The notes under the pieces were generated by a model, which worked only from the letters and a program-made list of their open reading frames with translations, searched no databases and was not told the origin of the DNA. Made by a program: the position numbers and the translations under genes. This document shows positions 42,750-52,170 of a stretch of DNA of 64,000 nucleotides, piece by piece. How positions within the stretch are numbered: position 1 is the stretch's first letter; every line of letters begins with the position of its first letter. The DNA is from an uncultured delta proteobacterium (GTDB taxonomy: Bacteria > Desulfobacterota > Desulfomonilia > Desulfomonilales > Desulfomonilaceae), in NCBI GenBank assembly GCA_963789265.1, contig CAWBKB010000003.1, forward strand, positions 256,001 to 320,000, read 5' to 3'.

Positions 42750-44644
42750 ATAGGGGTAGGAACGACCGGTTACCCGGCGCTCCCCCCTCCGAACCGTACG
42801 AGCGGATCTCCCGCATACGGCTCTCCGGTTGGTGGTTCACCGCTGGGCGGATTGACCGGCCAAACGATAGGCTGTGGCAAGGAAGAACAACCCATGTTCG
42901 GCGAAGAAAGCATTGGGCCAGCGGACATGATCGACACCTCGGCCACGGCCGGAGCCGCCACGCCGGCGGCGCAAGATACTGCGCAGACGCATGCGTATCC
43001 AGCCGTCCAGTGGAGCAAAGGTCGTGTAATGACTGTGTTTGAAGTACTCAAACCAGCCCCCGAGGGTTCGGTTCACATCCAAGACGATCGCCGAAAGACT
43101 GTGACCGTTGGTGCGCTTGGTCTTGGCTCGGAGAGTGTCTTTCAGTTTCCGGAGACTCTTGGGCCGAGGCCATCGCATACCCCGCTCAAAGTGATAACCC
43201 AGAAAATCGAATCCGCCTCGGGCGGTCGCATCGACGATCCGGGTCTTGGTGGGGTGCAAACTCAGACCGGCCGTGGTCGTCCAGTCCTGAACAAGAGCCA
43301 GCGCAATATGCGCCTCCCCCTCCGTCCGGCACAGGATCACAAAGTCATCGGCATACCGCACCATCTGGACACCATGTCCAGCCATCAGATGGTCAAGGGG
43401 GTCAAGATAGATGTTGGAGAGCAGTGGAGACAGGACAGCCCCTTGGGGGGTACCTGTCTCGGGAGTCCAGCACTCCATCGTATCCATTACCCGTTGACGC
43501 AGGAACGACTCCACGAGGTCCAAGAGAGGCTTGTCGGCAAGCTTTCCCCGAAGCCGGGCCATGAGAGGATCATGGGGAATCGTATCAAAGTAGGACTTGA
43601 GATCCGCATCCACGACAAAGACATGGCCCTGGCGAAGCAGGGCATCGACTCGTCGCAGTGCGTCCTTGCAGCCGCAGCCCGGACGAAACCCGTAACTGTG
43701 GACAGCAAAGTCCTTTTCAAATATCGGTTCCAAAACATTGCGCAACGCAGCCTGGACCACGCGGTCACGAACCGTGGGTATGCCCAGCGGTCGTTTTTCC
43801 GCCGTTCCGGGTTTGGGTATCCAAACCCTTTTGATGGCCTGAGGCCGGTACGTTCCCGTCCGAAGACTCTCTTCCAAAAGCCTAAGATTATCTTCGAGTC
43901 GGGACTCGAACATCTCGATGGTCTGATGGTCGACGCCCGGCCCCCCTTTGTTCGCTTTCACCGTGGCAAAAGCGCTCTTAAGGTTCGTCGGAGAGCTGAC
44001 CTTGTCCATCAGGCTGTACCATTTGCCGCCTTTCACCCCGTTTTCCAGGGCCGTCAACATACGTTTTGTCCAGACACTAGGTTCAACCCAGGACCATCGG
44101 TCTCGGGTCTCTCCGGCCGGTTTAGTTCCGCACACAGCGCGGCACACTGGAGTCGGTTTCTCCTCCTCTTGTCTGATACCCACGTATCCACCTCCCTGCC
44201 CCCCTTGGCTCCGCGCCCATTACGGCGCCTCGACGCTACTATGGGGGCTCTGACTCCTGTACGCCTCTTCCCGGCGTACAGGTCTCCCTGCTTCACGTAC
44301 TCAACCTTCCTGACCATTCCGTCCCTAACCACCTTGTGTTCCTCTGTTGTCGCTTTTCCTTCCGCCACTTTGTTTGTCAGCGCAACAGATCTCGTACCTC
44401 TGTACCGTGTATTGTCGCGTTCCGGCGACTCAGGCCTCAGGAGATACGTCCAGGCTTCACCTTTCCCTAGCAGGCTCGCCGAAAACACCCGGCCGAAACG
44501 GGTTTGTCAGCCTACGGACTGGTCGTTCGCCCCCTGCTGCTCTCCACCCCGCCTCGCAGCGACGCAGTTGCAGGCGGCTACAGGCTGTAGCGTGGACCTG
44601 GAGAGGACTTGCACCTCTCTGATTAAGTACGCTCGCAGGCGCAC
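42750..44644 (-). mobile_element. Group II intron (1895 nt)
   Basis: 5' GTGCG, domain V GAGCCGTATGCGGGAGATCCGCTCGTACGGTTC, domain VI ending CCCCTAT. Boundaries are confirmed by the empty MITE copies. Confidence 0.93.
42837..44183 (-). CDS. ltrA: Group II intron reverse transcriptase/maturase (no endonuclease domain)
   Basis: RPLGIPTVRDR, SYGFRPG, GTPQG, RYADD, FDFLGY motifs and X domain; no HNH domain. Confidence 0.93.
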   Translation of the reverse strand: MGIRQEEEKPTPVCRAVCGTKPAGETRDRWSWVEPSVWTKRMLTALENGVKGGKWYSLMDKVSSPTNLKSAFATVKANKGGPGVDHQTIEMFESRLEDNLRLLEESLRTGTYRPQAIKRVWIPKPGTAEKRPLGIPTVRDRVVQAALRNVLEPIFEKDFAVHSYGFRPGCGCKDALRRVDALLRQGHVFVVDADLKSYFDTIPHDPLMARLRGKLADKPLLDLVESFLRQRVMDTMECWTPETGTPQGAVLSPLLSNIYLDPLDHLMAGHGVQMVRYADDFVILCRTEGEAHIALALVQDWTTTAGLSLHPTKTRIVDATARGGFDFLGYHFERGMRWPRPKSLRKLKDTLRAKTKRTNGHSLSAIVLDVNRTLGGWFEYFKHSHYTTFAPLDGWIRMRLRSILRRRRGGSGRGRGVDHVRWPNAFFAEHGLFFLATAYRLAGQSAQR

Positions 44645-44698
44645 TGAGGTGGGCTTTCTAGCCCGCCATTGAACAGGGGTTTCCTCGGCAGGCTGGAA

Positions 44699-44906
44699 GA
44701 AAGTGTCTCAAAACCATTTTGATGCTCGGAATCGTGGCACGATGGCAGCCCGGCACTAAAGTACCGGTCTACTCTCAATCGCCCCAATGGGGCTCAAATA
44801 CTGGCGTCCCGTAGGGACCTGAGACAGTAGCCCGGTAATTCATTGCCGGGGAAAACGGTCATTCGTGGTACGATTTCGTCCAGTTCAAGGGTTTTGAGAC
44901 AGTTTC
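44699..44906. mobile_element. MITE family E, complete (208 bp)
   Basis: 15-bp TIRs GAAAGTGTCTCAAAA/TTTTGAGACAGTTTC; 4-bp TSD GGAA in a REP hairpin loop. Confidence 0.88.
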
Positions 44907-44957
44907 GGAAAGCCTGCCCCACAAGACTGAATGGTTACCGCACTTTTGGCTTTTGGC

Positions 44958-44986
44958 TTGACACATCGGCCGGGCTTCATTAATAT
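44958..44986 (+). promoter_or_regulatory. Putative sigma70 promoter of the rpsP operon
   Basis: TTGACA-N17-TAATAT. Confidence 0.7.
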
Positions 44987-45036
44987 TGGTCGATTATGAT
45001 TAGAGAGGGATTGCTCACGCGGAGGTGCGTCCATCC

Positions 45037-45294
45037 ATGGCAGTTAAAATCCGTCTGGCACGCTACGGCGCCAAAAAGAAACCCTTTTACCGAGTCGTCG
45101 CAGCGGACTCGAGATTTCCCAGAGACGGTCGTTTCCTGGAAGTCCTGGGTACTTATGACCCCAGAAACAAATCGGGCGGTCTAAACCTGGACTTGACCGG
45201 CCTGCAGGGCTGGATTTCACGGGGAGCCGAAGTCTCAGACACAGTTGCTAAAATTATGAGGCATGCGAGCGCTCAGGCTGCCTCCAAAGACTGA
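45037..45294 (+). CDS. rpsP: 30S ribosomal protein S16
   Basis: MAVKIRLARYGAKKKPFYRVV..RDGRFLE.LGTYDP. Confidence 0.97.
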   Translation: MAVKIRLARYGAKKKPFYRVVAADSRFPRDGRFLEVLGTYDPRNKSGGLNLDLTGLQGWISRGAEVSDTVAKIMRHASAQAASKD

Positions 45295-45357
45295 AGGCCT
45301 CGCTGATCCGGTTGTTCACTGTCCGCCAGAATTCCCTTTGAAGAAAGAGAGGGACGG

Positions 45358-45587
45358 ATGAGGGAGCTTATCGAGTACATTGCCAAAGCGCTTGTGGACA
45401 ATCCTGATGAGGTATCGGTCTCGGAACTCGAGGAGAAATCACCTCTGTGATAGAGTTAAGAGTCGCCAAAACAGATCTCGGAAAAGTCATCGGAAAACAG
45501 GGCCGCACGGCAAGGGCAATGAGAACCATACTCAGCGCTGCTTCGACCAAACTTAAGAAGCGCGCCGTCATGGAAATCCTGGAATAG
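45358..45587 (+). CDS. khpA: KH-domain RNA-binding protein (frameshift at ~45435)
   Basis: Manual translation [19 protein letters not shown]...[20 protein letters not shown]. Confidence 0.88.
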
Positions 45588-45646
45588 TTGTAGATCTTCG
45601 ACCGGGAAGGCGGTCCGCGAGCCGCACACCAGATCCTGAATCAAGG

Positions 45647-46153
45647 ATGTCCCAAAACAGACTCGTTGTAATCGGAAAGGTTGTGAAGCCCTTTGGGATC
45701 AAGGGGGAAGTAAAGATAAGCCCTTTCACGGAATCTTTCGAATCGTTTGAGCGATCCGCAATCTTGGTCTTTGATGAGTGTCCTTATAACGTGCGAAGCC
45801 TTCGCATACACAAAAGGAATGCGGTGGTCGCCCTTGAAGGGGTAGATACACGGGAAAAAGCCGATGAACTTGTGGGAAGCCTTGTCAAAACCGACCAACA
45901 CAACTTGCCCGCAAAAGAGGAGGACGAATACTACTGGATCGAATTGATCGGCATGAAGGTCTACACATTGGACCGTGGTTATCTCGGTGAAATTACCCAG
46001 ATTACACCTACCGGAGCAAACGACGTCCTTCATGTGGAGGGAGCATACGGAGAAGTCCTGCTTCCCCTGATCGACAGCGTCGTAATGACCGTGGATCTTC
46101 AGAACAAAGAAATGACCGTGGATCCCCTCGAAGGGCTGATCCCCGATGCTTGA
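45647..46153 (+). CDS. rimM: Ribosome maturation factor RimM
   Basis: [27 protein letters not shown] motifs. Confidence 0.95.
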   Translation: MSQNRLVVIGKVVKPFGIKGEVKISPFTESFESFERSAILVFDECPYNVRSLRIHKRNAVVALEGVDTREKADELVGSLVKTDQHNLPAKEEDEYYWIELIGMKVYTLDRGYLGEITQITPTGANDVLHVEGAYGEVLLPLIDSVVMTVDLQNKEMTVDPLEGLIPDA

Positions 46154-46901
46154 TATCAGGATCTTGACTATATTCCCCAGGATCTTCGATTCGTTCCTGG
46201 CCTATGGGAACCCGGCGCGCGCCATAGAAGCAGGGCTACTGAACGTCGAGACCGTGGATTTGAGAGATTTCACCCGGGATCGTCACCACACCACGGATGA
46301 TTACCCGTACGGCGGCGGAACGGGCATGGTGATGAAACCCGAGCCTTTAGTTCGGGCCATACGGCATGTTCGTGGGTTCATGGAAGACACAAGGGTTATC
46401 CTCATGACCCCGCAGGGAAGGCTCTTTAAGCAGTCCGTAGCAGAGGAGCTGACCGGGTTGCGGAGCATGCTCCTTGTTTGTGGCCGATATGAGGGGCTTG
46501 ACGAAAGAGTCAGGGCCTTCGTGGACGATGAAATCTCGGTAGGCGATTACGTCCTATCCGGCGGGGACACCGCAGCTATGTCGGTGATTGACGCGGTGTG
46601 CAGGCTCATCCCGGGTGTCCTTGGAGCTGACAGCCACATAGAGGGAGAATCATTTTACGCAGGGTTGCTTGAGTAACCCTCAATACACGAGACCCAGTGT
46701 CTTCGAAGGCATGGAAGTTCCGAAAATTCTGCTGGAAGGGCACCACGAGAACATAAGGCAATGGAGAAAAAAAGGGCATTGGCCCGCACCCTTGCCAGGC
46801 GCCCGGATCTTTTAAAGGATCGGGTGTTGGACGCTGAGGAATACGAACTCCTCGACGAAATCCGGTCTGAGAGTTCTGAACAAAAGGGAGAAGAACGATG
46901 A
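46146..46901 (+). CDS. trmD: tRNA (guanine37-N1)-methyltransferase (frameshifts at ~46675 and ~46770)
   Basis: [29 protein letters not shown] motifs; the YPQYTRP and LLEGHH tail lies in a shifted frame. Confidence 0.93.
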
Positions 46902-47425
46902 ACATTTTGGAACAGATTCACAAAGAACAGGAGAGACTGGACCTCCCGGCATTTCGGAGCGGAGACACCGTCAAAGTTCACGTTAGGATTGTGGAAGGAA
47001 CTCGCGAAAGGATTCAGGTCTTCGAGGGAGCGGTTATAGGCATTAATCGAAAGGGCGCGGGAAGCGCATTCACCGTTCGGAAGATCTCCTATGGAGTCGG
47101 TGTCGAGAGAGTCTTCCCCCTCTATTCCCCCATGATTGACAAGGTGGAAGTCGTCAACCGCGGTCAGGTGCGGCGCTCAAAAATTTATTACATTCGAAAA
47201 TTGAGGGGCAAAGCTGCCAGAATCAAAGAGCACGTGTACACAGGATCGAGAAATAGCCCTCTGTCCAGTTTGGTGTGCGTGGTGTATACGGTCTTAGTGG
47301 GTCATGGATGGCCGACTCATCGTAATCGCTCCCGGAAGGTAGCTCGATGCCCGTTCACAAACCCGACGCCAAGACCTCTCCTTCATCCAGATTTGAGAAA
47401 CAAGCCGCGGATCTCGGAGCTCTGA
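46898..47425 (+). CDS. rplS: 50S ribosomal protein L19 (C-terminal extension probably an artefact)
   Basis: [23 protein letters not shown] motifs; homology ends at about 47230. Confidence 0.93.
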   Translation: MNILEQIHKEQERLDLPAFRSGDTVKVHVRIVEGTRERIQVFEGAVIGINRKGAGSAFTVRKISYGVGVERVFPLYSPMIDKVEVVNRGQVRRSKIYYIRKLRGKAARIKEHVYTGSRNSPLSSLVCVVYTVLVGHGWPTHRNRSRKVARCPFTNPTPRPLLHPDLRNKPRISEL

Positions 47426-48015
47426 GAATAGCCGGAATTGACGAAGCCGGCCGGGGACCGTTGGCAGGTCCGGTAGTGGCCGCTGCGGTGGTGTTGTGCG
47501 ATCCTGACTGCCTTCCTCACCTGAATGATTCCAAACTTCTTCCTGCTGGGGCTCGGCTGAAGTTGTTCGATGAGATACGAGAGAACGCTTCTGCCGCAGG
47601 CGTCGGCATCATCCCACCGGAAACCATCGACCGGATCAACATATTACAGGCCACACGGTTGGCAATGAGCAGAGCGGTTATGGAGATCAATCCCCTTCCC
47701 GATTATTTGCTCATAGACGGCCCAATTTCTCTTGACCTTCCTATCCGGCAGCGCGCCATCATTAAGGGGGACCGCCTCTGCTTTTCAGTGGCTGCCGCGG
47801 GCATTCTTGCAAAGGTGACCCACGACAGGATCATGATGGAACTGCACGAGCAGTTTCCGCAATACGGCTTTGCTCTGCACAAAGGATATGCAACCAGAGT
47901 TCACAAAGAGGCGCTCGCACGGTACGGCCCCTGCCCTGTCCATCGGTTATGTTTCAGAGGAGTGAAAGAGCCTGACCTACCGCTTTTCGGCGACTTGCCT
48001 GACGGTGATGACTGA
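47347..48015 (+). CDS. rnhB: Ribonuclease HII
   Basis: [28 protein letters not shown] motifs. Confidence 0.95.
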   Translation: MPVHKPDAKTSPSSRFEKQAADLGALRIAGIDEAGRGPLAGPVVAAAVVLCDPDCLPHLNDSKLLPAGARLKLFDEIRENASAAGVGIIPPETIDRINILQATRLAMSRAVMEINPLPDYLLIDGPISLDLPIRQRAIIKGDRLCFSVAAAGILAKVTHDRIMMELHEQFPQYGFALHKGYATRVHKEALARYGPCPVHRLCFRGVKEPDLPLFGDLPDGDD

Positions 48016-48034
48016 CAGTTTTGTTCGCCTTGCC

Positions 48035-48655
48035 TTAAAATCGGAGAAATCTGAAATACCGCCCGACACGGCTGCAATAATCGCGGTACAAGTCTCCGTA
48101 AACATCTATAAGAAAACTCTCTTCTCTCAGAATTTGATAATGAAACATTGCCGCGATGGCCAACGAGAGCACCAGCAAGACCAGTCGGCCCAGCAACAGG
48201 AAAGCACTTAAAGCCAAAAGGTCCAGTGCGACATAGATTGGATTGCGCGTCCACGCGAAGAGGCCCTCTGTCACAAGCTGCCCCAGACTTTCCTTGTCGA
48301 TTCCTATCCGCCAGGATTCTCCCATAGCCCACAATGCCAGCCCATAGATTACCAGGCCAAGGATCGACAAAACCATGCCCAGGACCTTGAATTCCAGGTC
48401 TTCAACCATAACGGGACTCAGTGAAGTTGGAATAAAATGAAAACTCAGAGGCAATGCGTACGCAAGGGTTTCATAAACCCACAAAACGACACAGGTGAGA
48501 AAAAACAACTCGCCGAGCGCCTGAGTCGCTGAAGCTGACAGATCGACAACGAGGACTCGAATGCCACGATCGCGGAAAATCAACGCCGTGCCGAAGCCAA
48601 GACACATTAGACAAACCAGCACTGCAAGTTGGAACCAATCGAAGAATCGCATCAT
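48035..48655 (-). CDS. Isoprenylcysteine carboxylmethyltransferase-family membrane protein
   Basis: SWRIGID, LVTEG.F..TRNPIY, EESFL..YG..Y..Y motifs. Confidence 0.85.
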   Translation of the reverse strand: MMRFFDWFQLAVLVCLMCLGFGTALIFRDRGIRVLVVDLSASATQALGELFFLTCVVLWVYETLAYALPLSFHFIPTSLSPVMVEDLEFKVLGMVLSILGLVIYGLALWAMGESWRIGIDKESLGQLVTEGLFAWTRNPIYVALDLLALSAFLLLGRLVLLVLSLAIAAMFHYQILREESFLIDVYGDLYRDYCSRVGRYFRFLRF

Positions 48656-48743
48656 GGGACGTTCAGCCGCATAATTCGGAAGTATTCCTTAAGTTGTTCC
48701 CACTAGCTCTCTCCGAGCCGACCATGAAATCAGGTGCCGGGCT

Positions 48744-49208
48744 TCAAGAGATGTTGCGTTTCAGGTCCGACGCGGCAGCCGCTGCTTGGCTGTTAGGGAA
48801 TTCGGTCAGCAGCCATTCCAGGATCAATCGCGCTTTCGTGAACTGCTTTGCATCAAAGTGGGACTTGCCTATGCCGAGCATCAGGGACGGGATGAATTCC
48901 TCAGGAGGCAGAAACCCCACAGTCCGGTGATGTTCTTTGCCGTCATCGTCAAGCGTTAGTACGGTAGGGGTGTATTGAATCACAAAACGAGCGGCCCACG
49001 CGGCTGGAGAATTCGTATACGCGTGTAAAGGAATCAGGTAACGATGCACGAATTCTGACGTACGGGGATCCGGATACGTAACTGTATCCATCTGTTTGCA
49101 CGCAGGTCAACCCGGGTTGGAGAAATCCAGTAGTACATGTTTTTCTTGCACTTTAGCCATTGATAGGGCCAAGTCCAAATCCGATTCCCACAGTATGTTC
49201 GCAGCCAT
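48744..49208 (-). CDS. Thioredoxin-like selenoprotein (UxxC) with C-terminal TPR-like helices
   Basis: ATG at 49208 gives MAANILWESD...LLDFSNPG-TGA-PACKQM, in frame with ORF 48744..49091; YTPT cis-Pro motif. Confidence 0.88.
49071..49090 (-). promoter_or_regulatory. Putative bacterial SECIS hairpin
   Basis: GGATAC-AGTTAC-GTATCC stem-loop starting about 17 nt after the in-frame UGA. Confidence 0.55.
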
Positions 49209-49399
49209 GAGATAGGCTCCCCAGAAGCTAATTGCATCCCTAAATTCGAAATCCGACTATAACAACACGCACCATATTGTGAAAACTTCCTGAAGAAAAG
49301 GTTTCAAATCGTTAGCATTCCATCCCATGCGGCCGGAAAATTGGAGTATAATTTGTTTCTTTATTCGATTTAACGTTCAGGTGTCCCAACGGTGTACCA

Positions 49400-50159
49400 A
49401 TGGAGCCACAAATTCCTCGATACAGTAGGCATCAACTCCTTAAAGTAATCGGAGAAGAAGGCCAACAAAAGATACGAGAATCCCGTGTCTTTATAGCCGG
49501 GCTGGGCGCTCTTGGGTCCCTCATTTCGATACTTCTCGTTCGCGTGGGTGTGGGTTTTGTGAGAATTGCCGACCAGGATTGCCCCGAATTGCATAATCTC
49601 CACAGACAAATTCTTTATGAGGAAGAGGACGCTCTCTGCTGCATCTCCAAGGCCCAGGCCGCGGCCCGCAGGCTCCGGGCAAGCAATTCTGATGTGGAGG
49701 TTCAAGCGGTCGAAGCTGCAATAGATGGGGACAATGTCGAAGAAACTTACAGAGGGCGTGGATCTCGTGGTAGACGCGCTCGATAATATACGGACCCGAT
49801 ACCTGATAAATGACGTGATCCTGAATCGAGGCATCCCTTATGTATTCGGAGGGGCGATTCAAACGGTGGGAAATGTCATGACCATCATCCCGGGAAGAAC
49901 TCCCTGCCTCAGGTGCCTTTGGCCGGACCCCGGAGCAGTTGAGAACCATCCGAGGGCCTCGGCTGTGGGAGTGCTTTCGGCGGCGGCCACCGCGGTTGCC
50001 TCCTTTCAGGTGACCGAGGCGCTGAAGATCATGGCCGGCCGTGAACAGGATATACTCTCCGGCCTTTTGGTTTTCGACGTATGGCGGAATGATTTCCACA
50101 TAGCCCCTCTGGAGCGGGACCCGGGATGCATTTGCAGCAAACTCAATGAGAGCCGCTAG
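49400..50159 (+). CDS. MoeB/ThiF/HesA-family adenylyltransferase (frameshift at ~49745)
   Basis: RYSRH, GLGALG, NLHRQ, DALDN..TRY, PCLRC and C-terminal CIC motifs. Confidence 0.88.
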
Positions 50160-50217
50160 AGTTTGGCCGTCTCAGCACTTTGACAATAAGGGTAAACAGA
50201 CAAGAGGATAAATAGTA

Positions 50218-50955
50218 ATGCCGTCTGCCGGCCTACCACTTTCTGCTCTGATACTCGTTGGAGGCCTGGGTCAGAGGCTTCGGCCTGTTGTTTCCGACAG
50301 GCCGAAGCCCATGGCCCCGGTTCAGGGCATCCCGTTCCTGGAGATACTTATAAACTCCCTGGCAGATAAAGGACTGCGAAAATTCGTTCTACTCACCGGA
50401 TACAAAGGGGAAGCGATTGAAAGACACTTCGGTGCTGTTCATGGAAACGACGTGACGATAGCTTTTTCCAGGGAACGCTCTCCTTTGGGAACAGGCGGAG
50501 CAGTAAAGAATGCCGAGGCATTCGCCACCGATCCTACGCTGCTTGTAAATGGAGACACCTTCTTTGATGCGGACCTGGGAAGTTTGCTGCGCTTCCATGC
50601 GGATACCGGGGCGGAGGTGACTCTATCTCTCTTTAAGGTGGAGGACGTGAGCCGCTACGGTTCGGTGGTGATTGACGGACAATGTGCTGTGGTTGGTTTC
50701 AGAGAAAAGGACGTAAACATCAACGAGCCCGGGCTGATCAATGCCGGCTTGTCAGTCCTGTCGAAACGTCTTATCAGCGGTCTGCCGGATGGGCCCTTTT
50801 CCATGGAACGAGAAATTTTCCCTTCCTTGACGGGATCCGGCAAGATGTTCGGATTGCTTCAGGAACGCCCGTTCTTCGACATAGGGACGCCGGAGAGTTA
50901 TGAGGCATTCAAGTCGTTCATGGCAGACCGTGCTCCCCGCGGCAGAAGCGGCTAG
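50218..50955 (+). CDS. Sugar-phosphate nucleotidyltransferase (HddC-like)
   Basis: GGLGQRLR, PKPMAPV, PLGTGGA, NGDT, DIGTPE motifs. Confidence 0.85.
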   Translation: MPSAGLPLSALILVGGLGQRLRPVVSDRPKPMAPVQGIPFLEILINSLADKGLRKFVLLTGYKGEAIERHFGAVHGNDVTIAFSRERSPLGTGGAVKNAEAFATDPTLLVNGDTFFDADLGSLLRFHADTGAEVTLSLFKVEDVSRYGSVVIDGQCAVVGFREKDVNINEPGLINAGLSVLSKRLISGLPDGPFSMEREIFPSLTGSGKMFGLLQERPFFDIGTPESYEAFKSFMADRAPRGRSG

Positions 50956-51009
50956 CGGCCCGTCGTGGCATAACCGGAAAAGTTGGCGCAGTTGTTACGT
51001 CGGCTGGAT

Positions 51010-51753
51010 TCATCCAGGACCGATGTACCGAGCCGGAGCCGGCCTTGTCATCCGATTGAGGACTTGGTCAAACCCATCCGAGATCACTTGACCGTCTCTA
51101 ATACGAATTATCCTGTCGCAGGCATTTCCAATGTCATCCTCGTGGGTTACCAGGACAACAGTGAATCCTTGGCTGGTAAGAGCTCTCAGTTGTTCTATAA
51201 CAATTTCGCTATTTTTCTGATCAAGCTGTCCCGTGGGCTCATCCCCTAGAATAAGAGAAGGGTTGTTAACCAGGGCCCTGGCGATGGCAGCGCGTTGGCG
51301 CTCTCCTCCTGACAACCGGTTAGACCAGTGGTCCACTCGATGAGAAAGTCCCACGCGCTCCAGCGCTTCGAGGATCTTCTTCCTACGCGAGTTCCGGTCG
51401 CTTTCAGCGTATATTAAAGGTAATTCCAGATTTTCAAAGACAGTTGAGTTCGCAAGCAGATCGCAGCTCTGGAAGACGAAGCCCAGTTCCCTGTTTCGAA
51501 AGTTGGCCTGTTCCTCACGATTATAATTCAGGATGTTTTGGCCCTTGAACAAGTATTCGCCGGAAGTGGGGGGCTGGAGAAGCCCCAAAATGTACAGGAG
51601 AGTAGACTTGCCGGACCCCGAAGGGCCCATTATGGCTACCATCTCTCCGCGGTATACCCTTATGTTGGCCTTGTTCAGGGCATGGATAACGTTCCCACCG
51701 TCTATGTAGTGTTTGGCCAGATCCTTGGTCTCAATAATAAGCTCGGCGTTCAT
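51010..51753 (-). CDS. ABC transporter ATP-binding protein (LolD/MacB-like)
   Basis: GPSGSGKST, LSGGERQR, DEPTG motifs. Confidence 0.92.
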   Translation of the reverse strand: MNAELIIETKDLAKHYIDGGNVIHALNKANIRVYRGEMVAIMGPSGSGKSTLLYILGLLQPPTSGEYLFKGQNILNYNREEQANFRNRELGFVFQSCDLLANSTVFENLELPLIYAESDRNSRRKKILEALERVGLSHRVDHWSNRLSGGERQRAAIARALVNNPSLILGDEPTGQLDQKNSEIVIEQLRALTSQGFTVVLVTHEDDIGNACDRIIRIRDGQVISDGFDQVLNRMTRPAPARYIGPG

Positions 51754-51889
51754 GTCCTATCACCGTCTCGCATATAACAAATTTCGTGAACAAGTGCCAG
51801 TATACCCCATAAGAGGCCGTACGCCCATGCAGCCGAAGCCGACATCCGGATTTTCACAATTTGCGGCACTCCTGTGCTATATTAACCCG

Positions 51890-52096
51890 ATGTTTCAGAT
51901 AGCCAAACAAGCCCAGGGTGACAGAGGCTCATTCGTAAAACTCATTCGGCTCGATCCGGATGATTTTGCGGTCATCGTGCGCGCTCCCGCGGACGTGAGG
52001 CTGCACCACCGGTATATAGGGCCCGATCCGCTCAAGGCGGAAGAGATCTTTAACGCTGAAGTTGGCAGACTCGGGGTGAGGGTCCACCAACCCTAG
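51890..52096 (+). CDS. Small hypothetical protein
   Basis: 68-aa ORF (MFQIAKQ...) filling an intergenic gap. Confidence 0.4.
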   Translation: MFQIAKQAQGDRGSFVKLIRLDPDDFAVIVRAPADVRLHHRYIGPDPLKAEEIFNAEVGRLGVRVHQP

Positions 52097-52170
52097 GTGG
52101 CAACGTCCGGCTGCGCGGTTCCGGGCATTCGTAGTCTTCTCTCGCGCCGTTGTGATTAGGAGAGTGTTGT

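Larger units (their letters stand above)
42710..44938. mobile_element. MITE family A copy 5, carrying a group II intron and MITE-E
   Basis: Ends GTATGCATTCAG/CTGAATGGTTAC; perfect TSD CGCACTTT. Removing the two inserts restores a copy-1-like sequence. Confidence 0.9.

Noticed and set aside
42690..44672. 660-aa plus-strand ORF
   Set aside because: Antisense shadow of the intron RT and RNA, with no recognisable motifs.
47230..47425. Extended L19 C-terminus
   Set aside because: It overlaps rnhB and lacks homology; probably a stop lost through an indel near 47240.
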